Positions 53,501 to 64,000 of a stretch of DNA of 64,000 nt are shown piece after piece. Under the pieces are notes generated by a model, which did not search any database, had not been told where the DNA came from, and worked only from the letters and a program-made list of their open reading frames with translations. Position 1 is the stretch's first letter; every line of letters begins with the position of its first letter. Origin of the DNA: Microbotryum violaceum (taxonomy: Eukaryota); contig CDLV01000008.1 of assembly GCA_001244265.2 (NCBI GenBank), positions 806,001 through 870,000 on the forward strand, read 5' to 3'. Both the position numbers and the translations under genes were made by a program.

Positions 53501-54452
53501 GGAAGAATGTGAATTGCATGGTTGGAAGTCTTGACACATCACGAAACGTGCTGACTCCCAAGCTTCTCGTCTACTCCATACAGGTTTACCCTAAATCGGA
53601 CTGGGACTCTCTCATGCTTAAACACATACTCCCACACCTCGGTACCCTCCTGCGCGACCAATTCACCATAAATCCTCGCGCACAAGAACTCAAACCCCTC
53701 GAACAGGTCCTCGGATGGTCAATGTTGTTGAGGTCCTCTATGATGAGTCAATTGTTAGAGAAGGAATGGGTGCCGAAGTGGTTGGACGCGTTGTTCATTT
53801 GGTTGACTACGGAGAGATGTAATTATGAACAAGTGGCGGAGTGGTGAGTTTTCGCGCGGGTGCGGTGACTTTCTGGGGAAAGCCAAGCTGACGTATTCTC
53901 CCCAATCAGGTACTCGTGGTGGAAGTCGTATCTGCCGGAAGAGGTGGTCGCCCTCTCGGGTGTTTCGAGGGGTTTGAGGAAAGGTCTGGATCTGATGAAT
54001 CAGGCCATGGCCTTGGGCGAGGATGCCAAGTACAGGTACGTCCGACCGTCGCAAAAGCCCAGCTCAATGTAGCTCAACAAACTGACCCTTTGAACCCTTT
54101 TCCCAAAAGACTAAAACGACCCGACCTCCTCCCACCACCGACGTCCTCTTCGCACTCCACCAAGCCCTCGAGCAAATCCAGACCCGCCGCCTCTCGCCGC
54201 CCTGAAGAAGTCGACGACACTATCACCTTCCGCTCCATAGTCGAAGAGATCGCCGCCTCGCACAATCTCATCTTCCTCTCCACCGGAACGTCGGACGAGA
54301 AAGGTCGGACGTTGTATCGTGTTTCTGAGACGGTGGATGGGAAGAGGGGTTTGGTGGTTTATTTGGAGGAGGACGTGGTTTGGTTTTTGGATAAGGGGGA
54401 GTGGAGGCCTATTGGGGTGGAAGATATGTGCAGGAAGGCGCTGGGGATGTAG
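50524..54452 (+). CDS. TFIP11: Spliceosome disassembly factor TFIP11/Spp382(Ntr1), G-patch plus GCFC domain
   Basis: G-patch GLKMLEKMGWKAGTGLGADGQGIVTPI; LPELRHNL; WDPLTSP; YETMLWTIWLPRVRTAI; LDQLVLPKV; NYEQVAEW|YSWWKS. Confidence 0.92.
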
Positions 54453-54663
54453 AGAGAGGAGGAATTGATTTTCGTAGTGATGTAGATTGGAGAAATCAAT
54501 TGAAGATAGAGTTGGTCCCGAAATGGGCCAGGTGGTAACGAAGTACTTTCGAGAGCTTTCGAGTGGGTGAATATCGAGTTACGGAGCGCACGGAATCGCT
54601 CGCTTCTCGTTTCGCTTCCTCTGTTGACAGTACACTCATTGCATCGCACCACCTCCGACCACC

Positions 54664-55618
54664 ATGTCACTAAGTAACGAAGAGGTAAGCAACGCTGGTC
54701 CCAAGCTTACCTTGCATCCAGCACCTCACCTCACCTCCACATGCCACCCACCGACTGACTTGAACCCCACTCGCCCTCCGTCCTCCCTCCGTCCTCCCTT
54801 CTTCCGGCACAGTTCCTCAAGCAATTGGCCGACTTGTTCGAGTCGAGGAAAGGAAGTAAAGGATCGGTTTTCATCACGATGAAGCGAAGTGAGTGGTTTG
54901 TGGACTGGCTGGTGGTTGTGAAGGAGCGTAGGGTAGATGAGCGCGATCGAGCCCACCGCTCGAGCTGAATGAGGTCTTACGACAGCGTATGGTGGAACAG
55001 ACTACTGAACACGGTCACGAATCTTGTTCTCAATAGTGACGTATACACCCCCCGGAGAAGACGTGACCATGACGAATGCCGAGGCCGAGGAACCGCAAGA
55101 AGGCACCTCGGCGGCCGGAAGAAGTAGTTCCCAGCAACAGTGGCCCTGTTTGATCCGAGCGACGGACGGGAAAGGGAAGGAAACGAAACGCAAGATATCC
55201 ACTATTGTAAGCCTGTCTTTTGAGCAAGTGGAGTCTCAATTAAAAGGGGCTCGTGCTTGAGCTCATCCGTCGTTTCGAGAATTTTCAGGTCGCTCCGGAG
55301 GATCAAGCGACGTGGTCGACAGCCTACGGTGCTCTGCTCAAAGCGAGTTTCTCGACTCTACGGCCCAAACAGAAGAAAAAGACGAAAAAGGTCAAGGCCA
55401 CGACAACAGGTGCCGCGAAGGGGAACTCGGGCAAAAAAGGAGCAGGCACGACGACGAGTTCGACCGCAGGGAAGGGGAAGAGCACGGTGCAGCCGAGCAG
55501 GGTGTTGACCAAGATTACGGGAGCTAGGCGGGGTGCGGGGGTGAGTAAGAGGAGAAAGTTATTGGAACGGAGAAAGAGAGAGCTCAAGAGAGCTTGGGCC
55601 AGGAGGAGGGATGCTTGA
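54664..55618 (+). CDS. SRP14: Signal recognition particle 14 kDa subunit
   Basis: MSLSNEE|FLKQLADLFE...GSVFITMKR|...CLIRATDGK...KISTI|V...YGALLKASFSTLRPKQKKK, with a basic tail. Confidence 0.9.
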
Positions 55619-55997
55619 CTCGGAGCGGTGTGGGACGAGGGCGGCGCTGCAAGGGGGCGATGTAATCAAAATGACTCGAAAGAAAGCACCTGATTGTACT
55701 GTGTCCTTGGCTGTGGGGCAGAGAGGGTCGGCCGGAATGCTTTCCGATACCGTCACCGGCTCGGACCGGCAAATGTCAACTTATTATAGGCACAACGTAC
55801 TAGTAATCCCAAATTCGAGCCGCCAGTCGTTTTTCGCGGGCGTACACTCGAGACGACACGCGCCTCGACGCGTTGACAGAAGACCAACTTCTCGCCTCCT
55901 CGCACATTGCGCCGCATCCAACTCTAAACCAAACATATCCGGTCTAGGCCCGCTCGTGTATGAGCTCATCGCACCACCTCCAAGAGCCAGCGGCTGA

Positions 55998-58900
55998 ATG
56001 ACGGCCCCCTTCAAACGACCGCGTCTAGCGCCGAACGAAGCTCCACTCCCCAAGACCCTACCCAGCATAAACCTCTCCAAAAACGTTTGCAACTCATCCC
56101 CTCCGTCCGACTTGAATGCTCCTTCCATCAACTCGAAAGTGACTTCACTCTCGGACGATGCGCAGAGGAACATGCTGGACTTGGCGCCGAGGTTGTCCCA
56201 GGCGGTCGTTAAACCTATGAGGTATAGGAGGGAAGAGGACGTCACGGAGGATGTCGATTGGACGTTCAAAAAGGTCAGTATCCAGGTGAAGTTGGCGTTC
56301 TGGCTTGTCGGTGGCGAGCTTCTTGGTCCGGATCAGCCGAGCTTGCCTCGACTCGGCGAATCTGCTCGGACCCCTTCCCCCAGGCTCAAGCTGACCACCA
56401 CACCATCTTGATGACGAAAATATTCTGACTCCGCCCAGGTTTTCCTCAAAACCGAATACAAAGGTCGCCAAAGGGATATCATGCAAGCTTCCTTGCGCGG
56501 TTCCGACATCCTCGTCATCGCCCCAACGGGGATGGGCAAAAGTCTCTGCTTCCAAGTGCCCGCCGTCGCGGAGAAGCATGGCTTGACCGTTGTCATCACC
56601 CCTCTACTTTGTGAGCGTTGCTTAATCGCGAACTGGGGTGGGAGGGGACACTGAACAGCACGCTTGTTTCTGTCTGCTCCCACAGTTCTCATGTTTGATC
56701 AGATCGCTGGGCTGAAGAAGCTCAATGTCCCCTGTGCGATGCTTTCGAGCAAGACCGAGCGAGAGGAGCAGAATCAGGTTCGTCAGCGTAAATACCCTTT
56801 ACTTCTCGTCGAAACGTTTCCGTTTCTCATACATCTGCTTTACTGCAGGTCATGATGGACATGCGGTCGGGTCATCCCAAAAACCGCCTGCTCTACGGTC
56901 AGTCTTACCCCTCACTCCAAGCTACCCATGATAGATAAGCCACTCACAACCCCTAATCGTTTAGTCACACCCGAGCGACTGTCCTCACCCCAGTTCCGCA
57001 AACAGCTCCAAGTACTCTACCAGCAAAACGAGCTGAATCGACTCGTCATTGATGAGGCGCATTGCATCTCCGAGTGGGGCCATGACTTTCGACCCGAGTA
57101 TGCCAAGCTGGGATTGTTCAGATCCGACTTTCCCAAGGTTCCGATCACAGCCTTGACTGCGTCTGCGACTCCAAAAGTTCAGGATGACATGTAAGATGCA
57201 TTATCGTTGGCTCCGAAAAGCGGATTGAGCTGATCTCCCGCGTCTCACTTCTGAATTGCGCAGCGTCCGAGAGCTCTCGCTGGACGCCGACCTGCTCTTC
57301 AAAGTCGTTCACCCTTTCAACCGCATCAACCTCTACTACGAAGTCCGCTACTTCTCCGAGCATTCGCAGACCCCTTCGTATCGATCCGACGACATCCTCG
57401 ACTACATTCTCAAAGCCTCTTCCCGCTCCACATCACGATCTCGGTCAGCCACGAACGGTCCAAATGACGCCAACGCCACGCCGCCCGTGGCCGCAGTCTT
57501 TGATCCCGTCGTCTTCTCAGGCATCGTCTACTGTCGAGCGAAAAAGACGTGCGATGAGTTGGCGGCGTATTTAAGGAGTCGAGGCGTCAATGCCGCGGCT
57601 TATCATCGAGGTTTGGCGGATCATGAGGCGGATCGGGTGCAGAGGGAGTGGAGGGATGCGGATGAGAGGAAGGCGCGGGGCAGGAATTGGGTTGATTGCG
57701 TTGGTGAGTCGGTCACGTGTGATCTTCGTCTTCGTCGACGATGGCTGAGCATTGAGTCCGGTGATCGTTGCAGTTGCGACGATCGCTTTTGGTATGGGCA
57801 TCGACAAGGTGAGTGTGGCTTCACACGCGATTACCCGCCTGTCTCAACGTCGAACTAAAATTTACTGCATACTGCACCTTTGGCAGCGCAATTGTCGATA
57901 CGTCATCCATTATGACATCCCCAAATCATTTGAAGGCTTCTACCAAGGTTAGCGCCGTATGGGCGCGAAGAGTCTTCTTCACCAAAGCGTCAACGAGCTA
58001 ACTCGGTCTCCTGCTGACGCGTGGACAGAAATCGGTCGCGCGGGTCGAGATGACCATACGGCGCGTTGCATCCTCTACTATTCGGCCGAGGACAAAGCGC
58101 GCATCACGCACCTCGTCTCCAAATCTCATTCAAATCGTCTTCATCACCACGAACAAGGCTTCGGCAACCTACCTTCCCAACGCGCCCCCAACTCGATCGA
58201 AGCTCTCCTCTCCTACGCCGAGAATGTTCGTCTTTGTCGACATTTAGCGATCTGTCGTTACTTCGGGGAAACGATCAAGGAGGAGGAGAAGGAGGTCTAT
58301 TGTCGGAGGCTGTGCGATGTGTGTCGGGATCCGGGCAAGACGAGGCAGAGGAGGGATGAGGGTTTGGTCGAGTTGGATTTCGAGGCGACGCAAAGGGCTG
58401 TGAAGGAGACGAAGAACGTGGGGGAGTTGGATGGGTTTGAGGATGAGAAGAGGGAACGGGATGAAGGGGGTGGAGAGGGGGAGGGGGAGGGGTTGGAAGA
58501 AGAAGAGGAGGCTAGGGCGGTGGTCCCTGTCCGGGCATGTCGAGAAGGGTTCAGGACCGCGGCGGTGGAGCTCGAGCGCAACGAGAAGAGCTTGGAGAGC
58601 GTCGTCAGGGAGCCGAGTAGCTCGCCACCGTCGGGGACCATGGCGGAAGTCAGGGAGCGGGAACAAAAGGTAGAAGAGGCACCTGGTGCGGACGCAGAAG
58701 TGGAAGCGGAGGCCGAAGTAGAAGCCCCTTCACCGTGTCCCGAGAAGATGGAAATTGACGAAGAGGATGAGGATGAAGCTGAAGAAAATGAGGAGACAGA
58801 TGCCGACACAGTCGCTTCGGATGCCGAGAGCCAGCCTGATTCGTCGGCCGCCAGTGTGATCGATGATGACGCCAATAGTGACGATGATAGAAAAAAAGAC

Positions 58901-59886
58901 ATGGACTACAACGACGACCACGACGACCGCCCACCTCGACGAGTGTCTCTCGCGATCGGATCGAAGCGCGCTCGACCCCTAGTCATCAGCGACGAAGAAG
59001 ATGAAGAGTCGAACGGAGGGGACGAGCGGCAGGAAGAAGACGAGGATACTCTTCCGACTCCTATTGGACTACCCAAGGCATTGTCGAAGAGCCTTCTGGG
59101 AGCGATAGGCCGGGACCGACCAGTTCTGGAGACTAGTGGCGCAACGACGGCAGTGGCTAGACCGCAGCTCTGTGGAGGCGGAGGTAAGTTGCCGAGATGT
59201 AAGATCTGAACTTACTTTGGCTCGGTATCGACCGGTCAATTTGTTTTCGATGCAGTTTCGTCTACCGTACCGGCCTCAAAGCATCTTCCCAAGTTCATAC
59301 CCCCTTTTGACGATGCTCACCATCGCCCAAAAGAGGCCGTAGCCCACCTCACCGCCACTGCCGGTCGTGCTCCCTTGATCGAGGTCGATCGACCCGATAA
59401 CTTCGAGATCGTTCCTCAGACGTACGAGAAGAAACTCTCGCATACAATGAGACGTGAGGCTGTTGTCCAACTTGATCAAGGCTTGCAACGGGCTTTGTTG
59501 TCCAAGTTCGGGCAATGTTCGTCGACGATTGAGGACAAGGCCTGGAGAGAGTTGGCGGGAAAGAAAATTGTTCATGAGCAAAGGTGAGTCATTGACTTGA
59601 TCGAGCGTTCGATGGGAAACAGACCCAATCCTGACATCAAATCACCCCTTGTTATGCGAACAGGCGAGACATCATCCTTCTCACTGCAGTCTCGCTCGAA
59701 TCGGATCTCTTCTGGCTCGCGCTCACAAGCAAAGGCTATCGCTCGATGCTAAGACCACGAACAAAAGCAATCGCAAACCTCAAACTGAGCGAGAAGGCAC
59801 CTCTTGAGTTCAAGAACAACGCTCGATTGATCGAGGAGGTCTTTGACGCATTGAAGAGAGCCGCCGCTTCGTTACCGAGTCGATAA
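55998..59886 (+). CDS. RecQ-family DNA helicase (RECQL5/RECQ1-like architecture)
   Basis: [69 protein letters not shown] and the Zn-binding [12 protein letters not shown]...CRRLCDVC. Short N-terminus, acidic C-terminal region, stop at 59886. Confidence 0.92.
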
Positions 59887-60242
59887 AAAGGAAGAAGGCG
59901 AGAGTGGAGGAAAGCCAGGCGGAAATTTGACCTTGGCTGGTGGGTTGCTTTGGTGAGCTGTCCTACTATTCTACTGTTGTACTTCTTGTGTCAACTCATC
60001 TTCGTGCAACGCACTTGACGAGGATGAGTGGTTCTCTGTCGGCAAAATCGCTCTTGCAGACGCCGGATAGGGGATCCAACGCGAGATTCTTCACACTCTC
60101 GAGTAGAGTCCAAGCTCCCACACACCACGGTCCAGAGGTATATCATACAATGCCCTGCTAAAATTGAGAAGCTTCCTGGCAAGCGGTTCTAGGGGGGCCC
60201 TGCGAAAACGAGAACGAAAAAAGAATGAAACTGCACACCTCT

Positions 60243-61772
60243 TCAAGCCTTCAACAAAATTCCGTTGGCCTCGGCCCACTTGACTGCGCCTTGATACCCA
60301 AAGTTGTACGGGACGAACTGATGAGCGTTGACGCCCATCTCCTCCGTTCCTGGTCGAGGGCCCATCGCCTTCTCGCGCGAGTAGCCCTGGATCTTGGATG
60401 CTCGGTCGTAGCGAACCTTCTGGACGAGCTCGAGCAACGAAGGGATATCATCCTCCGGTCCTGCGGAGACCAAGACGACCTGGAGAGCCTCTGCGTCCTC
60501 GACGGATTGCCCTCCTCCTTGACCCTGATGGGGAAGCATGGCGTGGGCGGCGTCACCAATCAAAATGGCACGTCCCCTGGTCCATGTTTTCAACGGGTCT
60601 TGGTCGCGCAATTGCCAGAGACCGCACGAAGGGGCAGTGCTGTGAGGAGCGCAAAGACAATCAGGCTGTCAGCAGTGTGCCATGCAGAGAATATAAGATA
60701 AGGCGCATGCGTTGGCATAGCAGACTGACCGAAGGAGATCAAGCAACTCGGGCTGGAAATCCTTGAAGGCCTCGATCATCTCATCGATAGAACCCTCGGC
60801 GTTCCACGACTCGACACTGTCCTCGTTCAGCTTCTCGTCCGGCACGATAGCGACGATGTTGAGCAAACTACCACCTCGGCACGGGTAAGCGACCACTCGA
60901 CGGTCGGAGGCGACGAAGGTCGTCAAAGTGGGCGGATTTAGGCTGAGCAACGATGCCATGGCAGGGACCTTCTCGACGGATTCCCGGGGAATCAAGCAGC
61001 GATACGCACTGTGACCGGAAGGTTGGGCAATTCGCTTGGCGCCGAGAATCTCGGTTCGAAGGATCGAGTGGATACCATCGGCCCCGATGATGATGTCGGC
61101 CTTGAGCACTTGGCCGTCCGCGAGCGTGACCTCTCCGGCTTCGCAGTCCTGAAGGGCACCGAACGAGATGAGATATGAGTTTTCGGATCGTTCGACGAGA
61201 CTAGGCAAAATGCGCTCACAAAAGAGACAGCCTTGGCAGCGGTTTGGATCACGGCGGGCTTTCCGGGCAAATCAGGAGTAGTGGCCATCCTTCGGAGCTC
61301 GTTGTGCAAGTCGACACGGTGGTTGAGCAACCAAGGCGCGCCGAACCCCTTTCGGGGATCGCTCGGAACGGCGATCAAGGTATCACCTTTGGCACTCTTC
61401 TCCACGTACTGTCAATTTGACAGAAGTCAGAAAAAGTCTCTCGTCATACCGGGGGACCGATCATGTACGATTTCGGACCTACCGATTGCACCTCGGGGCT
61501 GTTGAGGGCCGCCAAATCGAGACCCCACTGCAGCGCGATTTTAGAAGCGTTGGGACCAAGATGGATGGCAGCACCAATCTCGGACTTCATGCGCGATTGC
61601 TCGAGAACGGTGACATTGTGCTGCTCGCGCAATGCTCGCGCTGCGGCAAGTCCGGCAATTCCGGCTAGTGAGGACAGAGAACTGGGAGGTCAACTCGGGG
61701 TCCGAACAGCGAATCGTGCGATGATGGCTGGTCGAGCGACTCACCTCCGATGATGATGATTTCCAAAGGCAT
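60243..61772 (-). CDS. FAD-dependent aromatic monooxygenase (salicylate hydroxylase-like, group A)
   Basis: IIIIG|.GIAGL Rossmann motif, EIGAAIHLGPNA, HRVDLHNEL, IIGADGIHS (DG motif) and LIGDAAHAMLPHQGQGGGQSVEDA (GD motif). Confidence 0.92.
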
Positions 61773-62168
61773 GCTCTGTGTTAAACTTTTTCCAGGTAAG
61801 TCTGAGAGTCGGAGATCGTATGGAAAGTTGATGATGTGTAGGAGTGACGGAAAGCGCTCGCATTGACCTGGTCCTGGGAAGCGCTGCATGACTTCCGAGC
61901 TCTCCGGCCCGAGTGGATTCCGCTGAGTGGGCGTCGCGCCCTGATACTGGTCCTCTCGCGCGACGGCCGCGCCCCCGGCGCTCGCAGTCGAGGCGGGGGA
62001 GGCCCACTCGGGCGCTAGCATGCGGGTCTGCGACGCCGTTAAACTGCACCGGGTGGAGCAGCTCGTCTAAATCCACCACGTCCATCCTACCCTGCGGCCT
62101 TGGCACCTACTCATCCATTTTTTTTGTCCTGGTACCCACCCCCGCACTTCAGAGAGCCCCTCACAAGA

Positions 62169-63399
62169 ATGAAGTCCACACCTACGCCCGTCATCTTCTG
62201 CTCGCATGGATCGACGATGATGCTCGGCGAGGACTCCTCCGCGGGTCGGTACTGGCAAAAGGTCGGCGAGGAGGCGATGGCGCGCAAGATCGAGGGTGTC
62301 GTGTTCATGGGAGCGCATTGGGAAGTCAATGGAAATGGGTTCGAGATCGCGAGCAATGCATCGGAGCCCGTCAAGCAGCCGGTCGCATGGGTATCGCCCG
62401 ACAAGTATATCGATTACAACGTGAGCTGCGACGATCGTTCTCGGCAATACTGAGCCGACGATGACCCCGAGAGCCTCGCGAGCTGACGTGACGAATTCCC
62501 TTCCGAAACTTGGAAATAGATCAACGTCTCGCCCAAGCTGGCAGAACGGGTACATGACTCCTTGACCGCGGCTGGCATCGAGTCCAAGCTCAACCCTAGT
62601 GTCGAATGGAGTGAGTCTGTGAAATCGCCCCGAGGACCATACTCTTCTCGGAATTGCCAGCTGACTCTGTGGCTTGGGCTCGCATCACTAGTTCACGACG
62701 TGTTCCTTGTCCTGACCTGGATGTTCCCGAAGAAGTCGCCCCCCGTCACCCTCATCTCAACCAACGCTTACTAGTGAGTACCCACGTTTATTTCAGCCTC
62801 AAACAGCGGGTGACTGACTATGAGACCGGCGCACAGTGACCCCTATTCGCATGTTGCTGTCGGTGCTGCCCTCCGCCACCTTCGACACGAGAACATCCTC
62901 TTGATAGGAACCGGGGTAGGTCATGCTACCAGCACCAGCTTCCAGCACATCGCTGACACCGCAGCGTCTCTGAATTAATAGGGTACCGTGCACAACCTCT
63001 ACCGCAACGCATGGAGCAATATCATCCTGCACCAGGATAACTTTGCCCAGACCAAGCCCCCAGAGCCCTGGGCTATCGCCTTCCGCAACGAGGCTTGTGA
63101 CGCTCTGACCCTTAACTCTGGCCCGGCATTGCGCAAGGCGGCCATGCGGCTCATGCGCAACCCATTGTACCGCGATGCCCACGGAACCGATGATCACTTT
63201 GCGCCCGTGCTCTTCTGCGCCGGCGCGGCGGGCGATGCCGAGGATGAAGGGACAAAGAGCACTGCCACGGCCGAAGTCTGGGAGCTTGAGCAGATGTGCA
63301 ACGTAAGCTTGTTTCTCGCCACTGCTTTCTTCGACGCTTCATCTGACACCCCTGTCCTTTCTCCCGGACCAGACCCAATTCCAGTTCGGCGAGTGGTAG
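62169..63399 (+). CDS. LigB-family (class III) extradiol ring-cleavage dioxygenase, 4,5-DOPA dioxygenase-like
   Basis: FCSHGSTMML, MGAHWE, LLIGTG|GTVHNL and AHGTDDHFAPV metal-ligand motifs. Ends TQFQFGEW at 63399. Confidence 0.9.
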
Positions 63400-63665
63400 A
63401 CGGTCGGTGATTTGGGACTTTTAAAGGCAGTGCAGGGGCAACTTGTCGTTTCATTCTGTATTGCAACTTTTTTTTTTCTTCAACTTGGACTATGCCTCGA
63501 CGTCTCGTTCCTGCGCCCGCCGCGCCACCCTTAGGAAAGTCATTTCCCTGGATATGCGCTAGCGGCCAAACGCTCACTCCGTGCAGACTAGTCCCCGAAA
63601 ATACCATTAAACGACAATGACCCATCTTATTCCACATGATAATTAAACAAAACGGAATGCTTCTT

Positions 63666-64000
63666 TCATGCAAAGTACTTGCGACTGATCCATCGGACAC
63701 CGTGGTACCCAACGAATCCAGTCGCACTTAATAAGACGGAAACGACGAAACCGGCCGTGATGAGTAAACCCTGGGGGAAGAAGGCGCGCAAGAAAGAGTT
63801 TCCAGGTTGGACCCGCTTGACAACCAAGCGCTTTTCGGAGGGTGAGGCTTGGGCAAGAGCCAAGAGCTTAGCCGAGGTGAAGGGGGCGAACGCGATCAAC
63901 TTGGCCAGCTTGGAGCTCGCCAACGTCGTTGGGGTGAAAATTCGGACGGGTCGCGTGAAGCGCGACGGAGCGTAGATTTCCGGGTTGGGAAGATCTTTGA
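63666..64000 (-). CDS. 3' end of an unidentified gene with a C-terminal hydrophobic segment
   Basis: Frame open from the window edge (KDLPNPEIYAPSRFTRPV...GLLITAGFVVSVLLSATGFVGY...KYFA*). Confidence 0.5.
   Translation of the reverse strand, partial: KDLPNPEIYAPSRFTRPVRIFTPTTLASSKLAKLIAFAPFTSAKLLALAQASPSEKRLVVKRVQPGNSFLRAFFPQGLLITAGFVVSVLLSATGFVGYHGVRWISRKYFA

Noticed and set aside
63925-63990. NPEIYAPSRF as a cytochrome P450 PERF motif
   Set aside because: No downstream FxxGxxxC heme-binding motif before the stop.

Overview
Intron-rich fungal genomic DNA, most consistent with a basidiomycete yeast (Pucciniomycotina/Microbotryomycetes-like; the lineage is my inference from short GT-AG introns with CTRAC branch sites, micro-exons and protein style). 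About 20 protein genes are present, mostly housekeeping: scramblase (AIM25-like), NBR1-type autophagy receptor, FIP1, ATP23, XRN1, an AGC kinase, LEU5 and MIR1 mitochondrial carriers, an INO80-type coiled-coil subunit, an ARK1/PRK1 kinase, a CSC1/OSCA channel, PRP28, TFIP11/SPP382, SRP14, a RecQ helicase, and a divergent FAD-monooxygenase/LigB-dioxygenase pair. The unusual part is 24.7-42.6 kb. (1) Between LEU5 and MIR1 lies a decayed Helitron Rep fragment that is folded back on itself and joined in frame to a ~98%-identical duplicated piece of the neighbouring LEU5 gene. (2) A near-perfect 206-bp inverted repeat with the same fold-back architecture sits at 33.4-33.9 kb. (3) A ~300-nt rod-like imperfect hairpin lies just downstream of a TATA-like tract at 42.2-42.5 kb. 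PRP28 shows an apparent one-base frameshift in a G homopolymer. Exon boundaries were read by eye; no database searches were run.
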